Of a stretch of 64,000 bases of DNA, positions 27,541 through 38,823 are shown piece after piece (the stretch's first letter is position 1; each line of letters begins with the position of its first letter). The notes under the pieces were generated by a model, which did not search any database, was not told the origin of the DNA, and was given only the letters and a program-made list of their open reading frames with translations. Origin of the DNA: Anaerolinea sp. GTDB taxonomy: Bacteria > Chloroflexota > Limnocylindria > Limnocylindrales > CSP1-4. The stretch spans positions 20,970-84,969 of the forward strand of contig PNKK01000001.1 in NCBI GenBank assembly GCA_013822395.1, read 5' to 3'. A program made the translations under genes and the position numbers.

Positions 27541-27743
27541 TGATCGCCAGGTGGGCAATTCCGCCGGATCGAAGGGCCGTAGCCCGGACGGCGCGCCGTT
27601 GAACAACCGGGCGACCTTCCTTGTTCGCGCAAGCCGGGTCATGATGCCCACCTGGTGATCAGGCACGAGCCGAAGCCTACGGCGACGGCCCACCGGGCCG
27701 AGCTTCACCTTGCGATGGCTCACCGATGCCCACCTGGCGATCA
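27541..27743. promoter_or_regulatory. three copies of a 17-bp near-palindromic motif TGCCCACCTGG(C/T)GATCA (one inverted) in the pckA leader
   Basis: 27541-27557 is TGATCGCCAGGTGGGCA, the reverse complement of the motif. 27645-27661 is TGCCCACCTGGTGATCA. 27727-27743 is TGCCCACCTGGCGATCA. Confidence 0.45.
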
Positions 27744-27810
27744 CAACGTCGCCGATGGGCCTCCGGTCAGGGCCCGGTCCGTGCCGGGGGCGTCGGCCGC
27801 AACCCTCCCG

Positions 27811-27844
27811 CGCAACCGAACCGCAACCCGAACCGCAACCCGGG
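27811..27844. repeat. tandem 11-12-mer CGCAACC(C)GAAC x3
   Basis: Direct reading of the sequence. Confidence 0.5.
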
Positions 27845-27999
27845 CTTCCCACGGGTGGTACGATCCGGCCAAGCCAAGCGACTGCGGAAGCCGACTCTCG
27901 CGGACCCGAATGGTCTGCGCCACGCGCGGCCGGTCGAATCGAAGCCCTGACGGGCCGGGCCACCTCGCCCGCCGTCCGCGCCGAGGAGACCGCAGACCG

Positions 28000-30586
<2,587 letters not shown>

Positions 30587-30651
30587 CGCCGCGCCGGCCA
30601 TCGCGGGATCCGGGAAGAGGCCAGGCCGCCGGCCGGTCGCGGCGTTCCGGT

Positions 30652-31113
30652 TCAGGGCGTGCCGCTCTCCGGGCTGACCAGCTCGCGGAGATGGCCCCGA
30701 AGCCGCTCCACGAATGCGGCCGGCGTCTCGACGACGACGTCCAGCGATCTCGGATGGAAGTCACGGACATTGAAGGTGATGAGGACGCGACACCCGGCTT
30801 GGGCCGCAGCGACCAGGATCGGGAGGTCCTTCTCATCGGCTTCGCCCAGGTACGAGGCCACGTCGTCGGGCCGTGGAGTTGGCACCCAGCGGCACGCGGC
30901 GTGGACCAGGCGCTCGAAGGTCTCAGAGGCGTCGCGCAGCTTCCGCGTGATGTTCCGCATGGCCTCGCCGTGGGCCTGATCGGATGACACGACATCGATC
31001 AGGCCAAGCTCGCCGAGCTGCAGGATGAGATGACTGGCGCCGCTCGTGGACACCGATCCGGCGATCAGGACATCGGCGTCGACGAAGACCGACGGGAGGT
31101 CAGGCCTCCGCAT
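30652..31113 (-). CDS. vapC: PIN-domain toxin (VapC-like)
   Basis: VFVDADVLIAG at the N-terminus. Acidic residues ...DEKDLPIL... and ...FNVRDF.... Its start overlaps the upstream antitoxin by 14 nt. Confidence 0.7.
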   Translation of the reverse strand: MRRPDLPSVFVDADVLIAGSVSTSGASHLILQLGELGLIDVVSSDQAHGEAMRNITRKLRDASETFERLVHAACRWVPTPRPDDVASYLGEADEKDLPILVAAAQAGCRVLITFNVRDFHPRSLDVVVETPAAFVERLRGHLRELVSPESGTP

Positions 31114-31375
31114 CGGTGGGCGTGGACCGGTAGGTCTCCCGCTCCTCGCGGACGCCGGCGATCAGCTCCTCCTCGCTCATGCTCGCGGCGATCCGCAGTC
31201 GCTCGATCTCTGCTGCGAGCTTCGGCACGACGCCCAGACGAGGCGCAAGAAGGATGACGCCGTCGAGGTCGACCAGGGTGACCGGATCGCCCTCAGCGAG
31301 TGCGTACCGCTCTCGGACTCGCGCCGGCAGCGTGAGGGTGCCTCGTGCTCGGAGCTGGATGGTGCGTGTCTCCAT
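31100..31375 (-). CDS. vapB: AbrB/MazE/SpoVT-type antitoxin (VapB-like)
   Basis: RARGTLTLPARVRERYALAEGDPVTLVDLDGVILLAP is a swapped-hairpin (SpoVT/AbrB) fold signature. 91 aa. Confidence 0.65.
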   Translation of the reverse strand: METRTIQLRARGTLTLPARVRERYALAEGDPVTLVDLDGVILLAPRLGVVPKLAAEIERLRIAASMSEEELIAGVREERETYRSTPTDAEA

Positions 31376-31513
31376 CAGGGCAGACTATCAGGATTTCTGC
31401 CGCATGCTTCCACAGTGGTTGCCGTGGACCGCGACGGCGGGAGCTCGAATGGACAAGTTCGACCGGCGGGTGCGGAGCATCGAGACCCGACGCCGCGGAC
31501 GGCGACGATCCGG

Positions 31514-32008
31514 CTACCCGCGCCCGTCGAGACAGACGAGGCGGTCGCAGCCGAGAGGCTCGTCCTCGGCGATCCAGGCGGCCAGCAGCAGGTCGATCCC
31601 TGTGTACCCGTTCTCCACGGGGACGCCAGCGTAGTGGCCGCAGGTCGGCGCTCCGAGGACCTCCTCGCAGTGCTCGTGGACGACGACCTGCAGACGGCGG
31701 ACGAAGTCCTCGGTGTCGTGCCAGTGCCAGGCGCGACGACGGTTCGCCTCGAAGTCGTCGAGCTCGTAGAGATAGCCGACGCGCAGCCATTCGCCTTCGG
31801 CGATCACCCAGCGCTCCCGGACCGTCAACTCGGCGGGCCGGGTGGCGCCGGTGCCGGGCAGCAGCCCCATGAGTCGAAGGTCGACGACCCGGCGTCGCAC
31901 GTCGTGTGCGAGCACCGGGGGTCCGGGACGAAGGTCCGCCCCGATCGACCACAGCTTCTTCCCCAGCCCCACGATGTACTCGTTGAGCTGTGCCCGGGTG
32001 AGCCTCAA
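31514..32008 (-). CDS. hypothetical protein (164 aa), His/Cys-rich, translationally coupled to the upstream HTH gene; candidate toxin or effector
   Basis: ATGA start/stop overlap with the HTH gene. I could recognise no domain. Central motif RRRAWHWHDTEDFVRRLQVVVHEHCEEVLGAPTCGHYAG (an Rx4H-like segment plus an H/C cluster). Confidence 0.5.
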   Translation of the reverse strand: MRLTRAQLNEYIVGLGKKLWSIGADLRPGPPVLAHDVRRRVVDLRLMGLLPGTGATRPAELTVRERWVIAEGEWLRVGYLYELDDFEANRRRAWHWHDTEDFVRRLQVVVHEHCEEVLGAPTCGHYAGVPVENGYTGIDLLLAAWIAEDEPLGCDRLVCLDGRG

Positions 32009-32313
32009 GGTCGGGCGATCGCCCGCCGACGTCCCGGAGCCCGGTCACGGACGGCGTTCCCGGCCAGGGCGGTGCGTTCGCCCGACTCCCCGAAAAGGTC
32101 CAGGCCGTCGACCTCCTGCCAGGACGCCTGGAGGTTCGGCGGCGATTCGCCGGAGACCAGCCGCTCGAATGCCGGGATCGGGATGCGGTAGATGCGCTCG
32201 GAGATCCGGACCGCGGGCAATCGACCGCTGTGGATCAGGCTCATGACGGTTGTCGAGCTCACACCGAGCTGCTGCGCGGCTTCGGCCGGAGTGTAGAAGC
32301 GCCGGGCGACCAC
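32005..32313 (-). CDS. HTH (excisionase-family, HTH_17-like) DNA-binding protein; putative antitoxin/regulator of the 164-aa ORF
   Basis: FYTPAEAAQQLGVSSTTVMSLIHSGRLPAVRISERIYRIPIPAFERLV. Confidence 0.6.
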   Translation of the reverse strand: MVARRFYTPAEAAQQLGVSSTTVMSLIHSGRLPAVRISERIYRIPIPAFERLVSGESPPNLQASWQEVDGLDLFGESGERTALAGNAVRDRAPGRRRAIARP

Positions 32314-32574
32314 GTGGTTCTCCTGCGGTATTTGTCATCTGGAACGATAACCGATAGAGCCGGTCTGTCAACCGGGCAACGTGGCCGGCGTCGCCACGGG
32401 TCAAGATCCAAGCCCGACGCGGTGCGCGGCTGCACCGCTATCAGTGGGGTCGGCGGGCGGTGCGCGCCTTGCGATTGACCCTGCCTCGGTGCGGTAGTAC
32501 TTTCGGCCCACGCCCCGTCCCAGCCTGGTTGATCCAGGCTGCCACCAACCTCTCAAACAGGAGGGCCGCAGATC

Positions 32575-34899
32575 GTGCGTCAGATCCGAATTGCCCTGAC
32601 CCTGGCCCTGGCGGCCACGTTGGCGATGTCTGCACCCATGGCGGCTGGTTCGGTGCCACCGGCCAGCACTGATACCCCGGCCGCGCTCGACTGGCTCGAC
32701 ACGAGCTCGGCGATCGTCGTGTTCAAGGCGGATCCGCTTGCCGCCTACGACGGCAAGATCAAGGGGTACGAGAAGACGCGTCCCGATCGGGGGAAGGTGA
32801 ACCCGAACAGCGCGGCAGCGAAGAAGTACCTGGGCTACCTCAAGCAACAGCACAGCGAGTTCCAGCGCTGGCTCCAGCGCAACGTTCCGAGTGCCAAGAT
32901 CACGTCCGAGTACTTCACGGTGCTCAACGCCGTCGCCGTCTCGCTGAACGGCAACGCCATCGGCAAGCTCGCGCAGAACACTGACGTCCTGACCGTCGAG
33001 TACAACGCGCTGTACCGACCGGACATGAGCGAGAGCTACAAGATCATCGAGGCCCAGGGCGCCTGGACGGCCGCGGGCGGCCGCGCCAACGCCGGGTCCG
33101 GCGTCAAGGTGGGCGTCATCGACTCGGGGATCGATTCGACCCACCCGTTCTTCGACCCGACGGGTTTCAGCTACCCCTCCACGGGTGGGCCGTGGCCGAA
33201 GTGTGATGCCGTTGACAGCAGCACCGGCCAGGCGGACACGAACTGCAAGTACACAACCCCCAAGGTAATCGTCGCCAAAGTCTTCAACAACAAGCAGAAC
33301 CAGAACGGCTTCGACGCCAACCCGCTCCCGGAGGCCGGCGACCACGGGACGCACGTGTCCGGGACGATCGCCGGCGTAACCGGGGTGAACGCGGTCGTCG
33401 AGGGCGTCACGATCGACGACATGTCCGGCGTGGCGCCCGGCGCCTGGCTGGGCAACTACAACGTGTTCCCGGGAGATGTCGAAAGCGCCCGGAGCGAGGA
33501 CATCCTCAACGCCGTTGAGGCGGCCGTCATCGACGGCATGGACGTCCTCAATCTGTCGCTCGGCGGCGGCTATCGCGGCAACAACGACCTGCTTGCCAAG
33601 GGCCTCGACGCCGCGGTCGCCGCGGGCGTCGTGGTCGTCGCCTCTGCCGGCAACGAGGGCCCGGGTCCGTTCACGATCGGGTCGCCCGGCCGCGCGCGCG
33701 ACATCATCACGGTCGGCGCCAGCACGAACCAGCATTTCGTCGGGCAGCCGCTGAGCTACGGCGTCGGTCCCACGACGATCGGGGCGGCCGTGGGCGAGTT
33801 TCCGGGCCTGCCGGCCACTACGTATGACCTGTTCGTGTCAGGTACCCCTGGTCCGACCGGCGCCCTGAGCAACGCCTGCTCCAGCCTAGAGCCGGATCCG
33901 GCAGCCTCCGAGCCGACGCTCGTCCTCGTCACTCGCGGCGTCTGCACGTTCAGCACGAAGGTGCGGTCAGCCAAGGCAGCCGGATACGAGGGCGTCATCG
34001 TCCGCAACAGCGTGATGGGCGATCCCGTCGCGATGGTCAAAGACGGCGCTGGCAGCGACGTCCTGCCGGCCGTGATGGTCGGCAAGTCTGAGGGCGACGC
34101 CCTCAGGACAGCTTCGCCGGCGAGCGTGACGGTCGTGAGCGGCTTTACAGAGTTCGTTCCGACCGGCAACGAGGACATCCTGGCCGGCTTCAGCAGCCAG
34201 GGTCCGACATTTGTGGACTACGCGATCAAGCCGGACCTCACTTCGGTAGGCGTGAACGTCCTGAGCTCCACGGTCTGCGACGAGGGCAACCCGTGCGGCA
34301 ACGACGGCGATTGGGCGTTCTTCTCGGGGACCTCGATGTCCTCGCCGCACGTCGCCGGGTCCGCGGCGGTGCTGCTTGGCCTCAACCCGGGCTGGACGCC
34401 GGCGCAGGTCAAGTCGGCTCTCGTCAACACCGCCGACCGCGTCGCAAAGAATGCGTTCGACGCCTCCACGACGGTAGGCCCGATGGCCCAGGGCGGCGGT
34501 CGCGAGAACCTGACCGCCGCATCCGGCGCGACGATCTCGCTCTCACCGGTCTCGGCGAGCTTCGGTCGGATCAACGCGTCTCGGGTGAACCAGAGCACGT
34601 TCGCGATCACTTTGTCTAGCTCGACTGCCAGCTCCCAGAGCTTCACGCTCTCGGCGCTGAGGTTCACCCCGAGCGCAGGGTCGCTCGGGTCCACGTTCAA
34701 CGCCGGTACGACCTCGGCCGGCGACGCGCGAATCTCGTTCCCGTCGTCCGTCACGGTCGCGGCCGATGGTTCCACGACGCTCACCGTGGGCGTCAATGCC
34801 GGCCTTCCGAACGGGAGCGTCGTCCAGGGCTGGATCCTCCTGGACGGGACGGGCGACAACGACTACCAGTTCGCTTACTGGGCAGAGGTCGCGCCCTGA
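32575..34899 (+). CDS. secreted S8-family serine peptidase (subtilase) with PA-domain insertion
   Basis: GTG start with AGGAGG about 10 nt upstream. Signal peptide present. Catalytic triad contexts VGVIDSGID (Asp), GDHGTHVSGTIAG (His) and GTSMSSPHVAGSAAVL (Ser). About 774 aa. Confidence 0.85.
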   Translation: MRQIRIALTLALAATLAMSAPMAAGSVPPASTDTPAALDWLDTSSAIVVFKADPLAAYDGKIKGYEKTRPDRGKVNPNSAAAKKYLGYLKQQHSEFQRWLQRNVPSAKITSEYFTVLNAVAVSLNGNAIGKLAQNTDVLTVEYNALYRPDMSESYKIIEAQGAWTAAGGRANAGSGVKVGVIDSGIDSTHPFFDPTGFSYPSTGGPWPKCDAVDSSTGQADTNCKYTTPKVIVAKVFNNKQNQNGFDANPLPEAGDHGTHVSGTIAGVTGVNAVVEGVTIDDMSGVAPGAWLGNYNVFPGDVESARSEDILNAVEAAVIDGMDVLNLSLGGGYRGNNDLLAKGLDAAVAAGVVVVASAGNEGPGPFTIGSPGRARDIITVGASTNQHFVGQPLSYGVGPTTIGAAVGEFPGLPATTYDLFVSGTPGPTGALSNACSSLEPDPAASEPTLVLVTRGVCTFSTKVRSAKAAGYEGVIVRNSVMGDPVAMVKDGAGSDVLPAVMVGKSEGDALRTASPASVTVVSGFTEFVPTGNEDILAGFSSQGPTFVDYAIKPDLTSVGVNVLSSTVCDEGNPCGNDGDWAFFSGTSMSSPHVAGSAAVLLGLNPGWTPAQVKSALVNTADRVAKNAFDASTTVGPMAQGGGRENLTAASGATISLSPVSASFGRINASRVNQSTFAITLSSSTASSQSFTLSALRFTPSAGSLGSTFNAGTTSAGDARISFPSSVTVAADGSTTLTVGVNAGLPNGSVVQGWILLDGTGDNDYQFAYWAEVAP

Positions 34900-34944
34900 G
34901 TCTTCGCCACTGATCTCCGGTACCGAGGCCCGCCGGCAACGCCG

Positions 34945-35886
34945 GTGGGCCTCGGTGTGAGTTTCGGACGCGCCCGCCGGTACACTCAATTTGTGAGTCC
35001 GGCCGTCATCGCCTTCGCCTTCGATCCCGTCCTGCGCCTTGGCGACCTGGAATTTCGCGTCCAGACCGTCGTCCTGGCGGGGATCATCCTCGCCGCGCTC
35101 CTCCTCACGGCCAGGATCGGCAGGCTGACGCCCCAGGACAGCCCGTACGTCCCGCCGCCTACCCTGCGACCCGACGACATCCCGTTTCTCGTCCTCGGGA
35201 TCGTTCCGGGCGCGGTCATCGGCGGGCGTCTGGAGTACGTGCTCCTCCACGCCGACTACTATGCGGCGAACCCGACCGCGATCGTGGACCCGGCCCAGGG
35301 GAGCCTGGCGCTCGGGCTCGCCGTCCTCGGCGGAATGCTCGGGGGGATTGCCATCGCGCGGCTCGTCGGCGCGCCGGCGGACCGATGGATGCACGCAGCC
35401 ACCCTCCCGGTCCTCTTCGTCCTCGCCGCCGGCAAGCTGGTGTCCGTCCTCACCGCCGAGGGCCAGGGCCTCCCGAGTGACCTGCCGTGGGCGACCGCCT
35501 ACACCGGTCCGGGTCCGTGGGGGAGCCTCGCACCTGACGTCCCGTCCCACCCGTCACAGGTCTACGAGGCGATCGCGACGACGATCGTCCTGACCTTCCT
35601 CGGCCTTGCTCTCCGGCTCGGTGCGTTCGCCCGACGGGACGGCTCCGCGCTCCTGGTCGCCGTCGTGCTCTGGGCGATCGGGCGGGGGATCGTCGCCGTC
35701 ACCTGGCGAGATGCGGCCGTCCTGGGTCCGCTCAACGCCGAGCAGCTCATCCTCATCGCGGTGGTCGTCGCGTGCGGCGTGGCGCTTGTCGTGCTTGCTC
35801 GCCGGCGTGTTGCGGAGCCGGCGGGGTCGTCGGGACCACGGACGGAGCTGAGCTGGCCGTCGCCGGAATCGCGACCCAGGTTCTGA
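34945..35886 (+). CDS. divergent prolipoprotein diacylglyceryl transferase (Lgt)-like membrane protein lacking the GxxGNF signature
   Basis: Has an Lgt-like N-terminus (FAFDPVLRLGDLEFRVQTVVLAGII) and the HPSQVYEAIATTIVLTFLGL block (compare the HPSQLYE region of Lgt). The GRxGNFxNxE signature region is replaced by unrelated sequence. Confidence 0.5.
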   Translation: MGLGVSFGRARRYTQFVSPAVIAFAFDPVLRLGDLEFRVQTVVLAGIILAALLLTARIGRLTPQDSPYVPPPTLRPDDIPFLVLGIVPGAVIGGRLEYVLLHADYYAANPTAIVDPAQGSLALGLAVLGGMLGGIAIARLVGAPADRWMHAATLPVLFVLAAGKLVSVLTAEGQGLPSDLPWATAYTGPGPWGSLAPDVPSHPSQVYEAIATTIVLTFLGLALRLGAFARRDGSALLVAVVLWAIGRGIVAVTWRDAAVLGPLNAEQLILIAVVVACGVALVVLARRRVAEPAGSSGPRTELSWPSPESRPRF

Positions 35887-36019
35887 CGGGACAACGCGGC
35901 GTCCCCGTCGCCGTCGATTCGACCGGGCGCGGTATCGTTGGGGGACAGCGCCAAACGAGGCCGGCCGCAGGGCCGCACCCCACCCGCGCCAAAACCCGCG
36001 CCCAGCCGAGGTTTCAACG

Positions 36020-37558
36020 ATGACCCAGGTCGCCGAGCCAGAGATCGCTCGCTCCACCCCTTCCGCGGAGACGGTCCACCACTGGATCGGCGGCCGTCGA
36101 GTCGCCGGCACATCGGGCCGGAAAGGTCCCGTCTACGACCCAGCCACAGGCCAGATTGCCCGCGAGGTCGATTTGGCATCGGTCGCCGAGGTGGATGCCG
36201 CGGTTGCGGCCGCGCAGGCGGCCTTCCCGGGCTGGCGCGCCACCTCGCTGTCAAAGCGGACGGAGGCGATGTTCCGGATCCGGAATCTTGTCGAGGCGCA
36301 CCGCAGGGAGCTCGCCGCACACCTCACCGCGGAGCACGGGAAGGTGCCCTCGGATGCCCTCGGCGAGATCGCCCGCGGGATCGAGAACCTCGAGTTCGCG
36401 ACCAGCATCCCGAACCTGCTCAAGGGCGGCTTCTCCGAGCAGGTCTCGACCGGGATCGACGTCTACCAGATCCGCCAGCCCCTGGGCGTCGTCGCCGGCA
36501 TCACCCCGTTCAACTTCCCGGCGATGGTCCCGATGTGGATGTTCGCGAATGCCATCGCCTGCGGGAACACGTTCATCCTCAAGCCATCGGAGAAGGACCC
36601 GTCCGCGTCCATCTTCATGGCCGAGCTCCTGAAGGAGGCCGGCGTGCCGGACGGCGTGTTCAACGTCGTCCAGGGCGATAAGGTGGCGGTGGACCGGATC
36701 CTCGAGCATCCGGACATCGCGGCCGTCAGCTTCGTCGGCTCCACCCCGATCGCGCGGTACATCTACGAGACGGGCACGAGGAACGGCAAGCGTGTCCAGG
36801 CCCTCGGCGGGGCCAAGAACCACATGATCGTGCTGCCCGACGCGGACATCGACATGGCGGCCGATGCCGCGGTGTCGGCAGGCTACGGCTCGTCGGGCGA
36901 GCGGTGCATGGCGATCGCGACGGTCGTCGCGGTCGGCTCGGTGGCCGACCCGCTGGTCGAGGCCATCGCCGCCCGGCTGCCGAAGGTCAAGGTTGGACCC
37001 GGCACGGACCCCGAAGCGGAGATGGGCCCGCTCGTCACGAAGCAGCATCGTGACAAGGTCGCGTCGTACCTGGACAGCGCGCCGGCACAGGGCGCCACCG
37101 TCGTGGCCGACGGGCGCGAGCATCCGCTCTACCGGGAATCCAAAGGCTTCTTCCTGGGGGCCTCCCTCATCGACCACGTCCGTCCGGAGATGGATTGCTA
37201 CCGGGATGAGATCTTCGGACCTGTCCTGACGGTGACGCGGGTCGCCACGTACGAGGACGCCCTGAATCTCGTCAACGACAACCCGTACGGGAACGGGACG
37301 GCCATCTTCACCCGTGACGGCGGGGCCGCGCGCCAATACCAGTTCGACGTCAACGTCGGCATGGTCGGGATCAACGTCCCGATTCCGGTCCCTGTTGCGT
37401 ACTACAGCTTCGGCGGTTGGAAGGCATCGCTCTTCGGCGACCTCCACATGTACGGGCCCGAGGGCATCCAGTTCTACACCCGTGCCAAGATCGTCACGTC
37501 GCGCTGGCCGGATCCGGGCACCTCCAAGGTCGATCTCGGCTTCCCGCGCACGCGGTAG
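36020..37558 (+). CDS. mmsA: CoA-acylating methylmalonate/malonate-semialdehyde dehydrogenase
   Basis: ALDH fold with catalytic-Cys context GERCMA. GSTPIARYIYETGTRNGKRVQALGGAKNHMIVLPDADIDMAADA is diagnostic of MmsA. It lacks the usual ALDH catalytic Glu, as CoA-acylating enzymes do. Confidence 0.85.
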   Translation: MTQVAEPEIARSTPSAETVHHWIGGRRVAGTSGRKGPVYDPATGQIAREVDLASVAEVDAAVAAAQAAFPGWRATSLSKRTEAMFRIRNLVEAHRRELAAHLTAEHGKVPSDALGEIARGIENLEFATSIPNLLKGGFSEQVSTGIDVYQIRQPLGVVAGITPFNFPAMVPMWMFANAIACGNTFILKPSEKDPSASIFMAELLKEAGVPDGVFNVVQGDKVAVDRILEHPDIAAVSFVGSTPIARYIYETGTRNGKRVQALGGAKNHMIVLPDADIDMAADAAVSAGYGSSGERCMAIATVVAVGSVADPLVEAIAARLPKVKVGPGTDPEAEMGPLVTKQHRDKVASYLDSAPAQGATVVADGREHPLYRESKGFFLGASLIDHVRPEMDCYRDEIFGPVLTVTRVATYEDALNLVNDNPYGNGTAIFTRDGGAARQYQFDVNVGMVGINVPIPVPVAYYSFGGWKASLFGDLHMYGPEGIQFYTRAKIVTSRWPDPGTSKVDLGFPRTR

Positions 37559-37677
37559 GTTCAGCGGCAACCCGCGAGGGCGGCCCTCTTTGGTACGGCC
37601 CGGGGCGGCGCAGACACCGGGGCTCCGTGCCGGCACCGGAACGCGATCGGGGGCATGATGGTGCCGAGAGGCACCCA

Positions 37678-38820
37678 ATGGACGAACTCGGCCTCCGCCG
37701 TCCGACGACCTACTGGCACCGCCTTGACGACGGGCGGATCCAGTGCGACGTCTGCCCGCGCAGCTGCCGGCTCCACGAGGGACAGCGTGGGATGTGCTTC
37801 GTCCGCGCCCGGCAGGGCGATGCGCTCGTGCTCACGACCTACGGCCGGTCGTCCGGCTTCTGCGTGGACCCAATCGAGAAGAAGCCGCTCAGCCACTTCC
37901 TGCCCGGTACGCCGGTGCTCTCGTTCGGCACCGCCGGCTGCAACCTGGCCTGCCGGTTCTGCCAGAACTGGGACATCAGCAAGAGCCGTGAGGTCGACAC
38001 CCTGGCCGACGCCGCCTCGCCCGAGGCGATCGCCGAGGCCGCCCTCCGGCTCGGCTGCCGGAGCGTCGCCTTCACCTACAACGACCCGGTCGTGTTCATG
38101 GAGTATGCGATCGACGTCGCCGACGCCTGCCGGGCGCGCGGTCTCAAGGCCGTCGCCGTCACGGCCGGCTACATGAACCCCGCCCCACGGGCCGAGCTCT
38201 ACCGCCACATCGATGCGGCGAACGTCGATCTCAAGGGCTTCACCGAGCGCTTCTACACTGAGCTCTCGGCCGCCCACCTCGGGCCGGTCCTCGACACGCT
38301 CCGCTACCTGCGCCACGAGACCGACGTCTGGTTCGAGATCACCAACCTGATGATCCCGGGCTGGAACGATTCGGAGGCCGAGACGGACGCGATGACGCGC
38401 TGGATCGTCGACGAGCTGGGGCCGGACGTGCCGGTCCACTTCACCGCCTTCCACCCCGATTACAGGATGCTCGAGACGCCGCCGACGCCACCGGCGACGC
38501 TCCGACGAGCGCGCTCGATCGCCATGGCCAACGGGGTCCGCTACGCGTACACGGGGAACACTCACGACCCCGGCGGGCAGACCACGCGGTGCGCGGGTTG
38601 CGGGGCGGTGCTCATCGAGCGGGACTGGTACGACCTCGGCCGTTGGGGTCTCGACGCCGAAGGTCGCTGTTCGGTCTGCGGGCGGCCGCTGCCCGGGGTC
38701 TTCGAGGCCCGGCCGGGCAGGTGGGGCCGGCGCCGGCTCCCGGTCCGGCTCCGGACGGCCGATGTCGCCGAGCCGGCCGATGTCGCCGAGCCGGCCGCGA
38801 CTCCCGGGATGGCCAGGTGA
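37678..38820 (+). CDS. AmmeMemoRadiSam-system radical SAM enzyme
   Basis: N-terminal Cys-rich segment CDVCPRSCRLHEGQRGMCFVR. Radical-SAM CxxxCxxC motif CNLACRFCQNW. C-terminal zinc-ribbon-like CAGCGAVLIE...CSVCGRPL. ATG 37678. Confidence 0.8.
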   Translation: MDELGLRRPTTYWHRLDDGRIQCDVCPRSCRLHEGQRGMCFVRARQGDALVLTTYGRSSGFCVDPIEKKPLSHFLPGTPVLSFGTAGCNLACRFCQNWDISKSREVDTLADAASPEAIAEAALRLGCRSVAFTYNDPVVFMEYAIDVADACRARGLKAVAVTAGYMNPAPRAELYRHIDAANVDLKGFTERFYTELSAAHLGPVLDTLRYLRHETDVWFEITNLMIPGWNDSEAETDAMTRWIVDELGPDVPVHFTAFHPDYRMLETPPTPPATLRRARSIAMANGVRYAYTGNTHDPGGQTTRCAGCGAVLIERDWYDLGRWGLDAEGRCSVCGRPLPGVFEARPGRWGRRRLPVRLRTADVAEPADVAEPAATPGMAR

Positions 38821-38823
38821 CCG

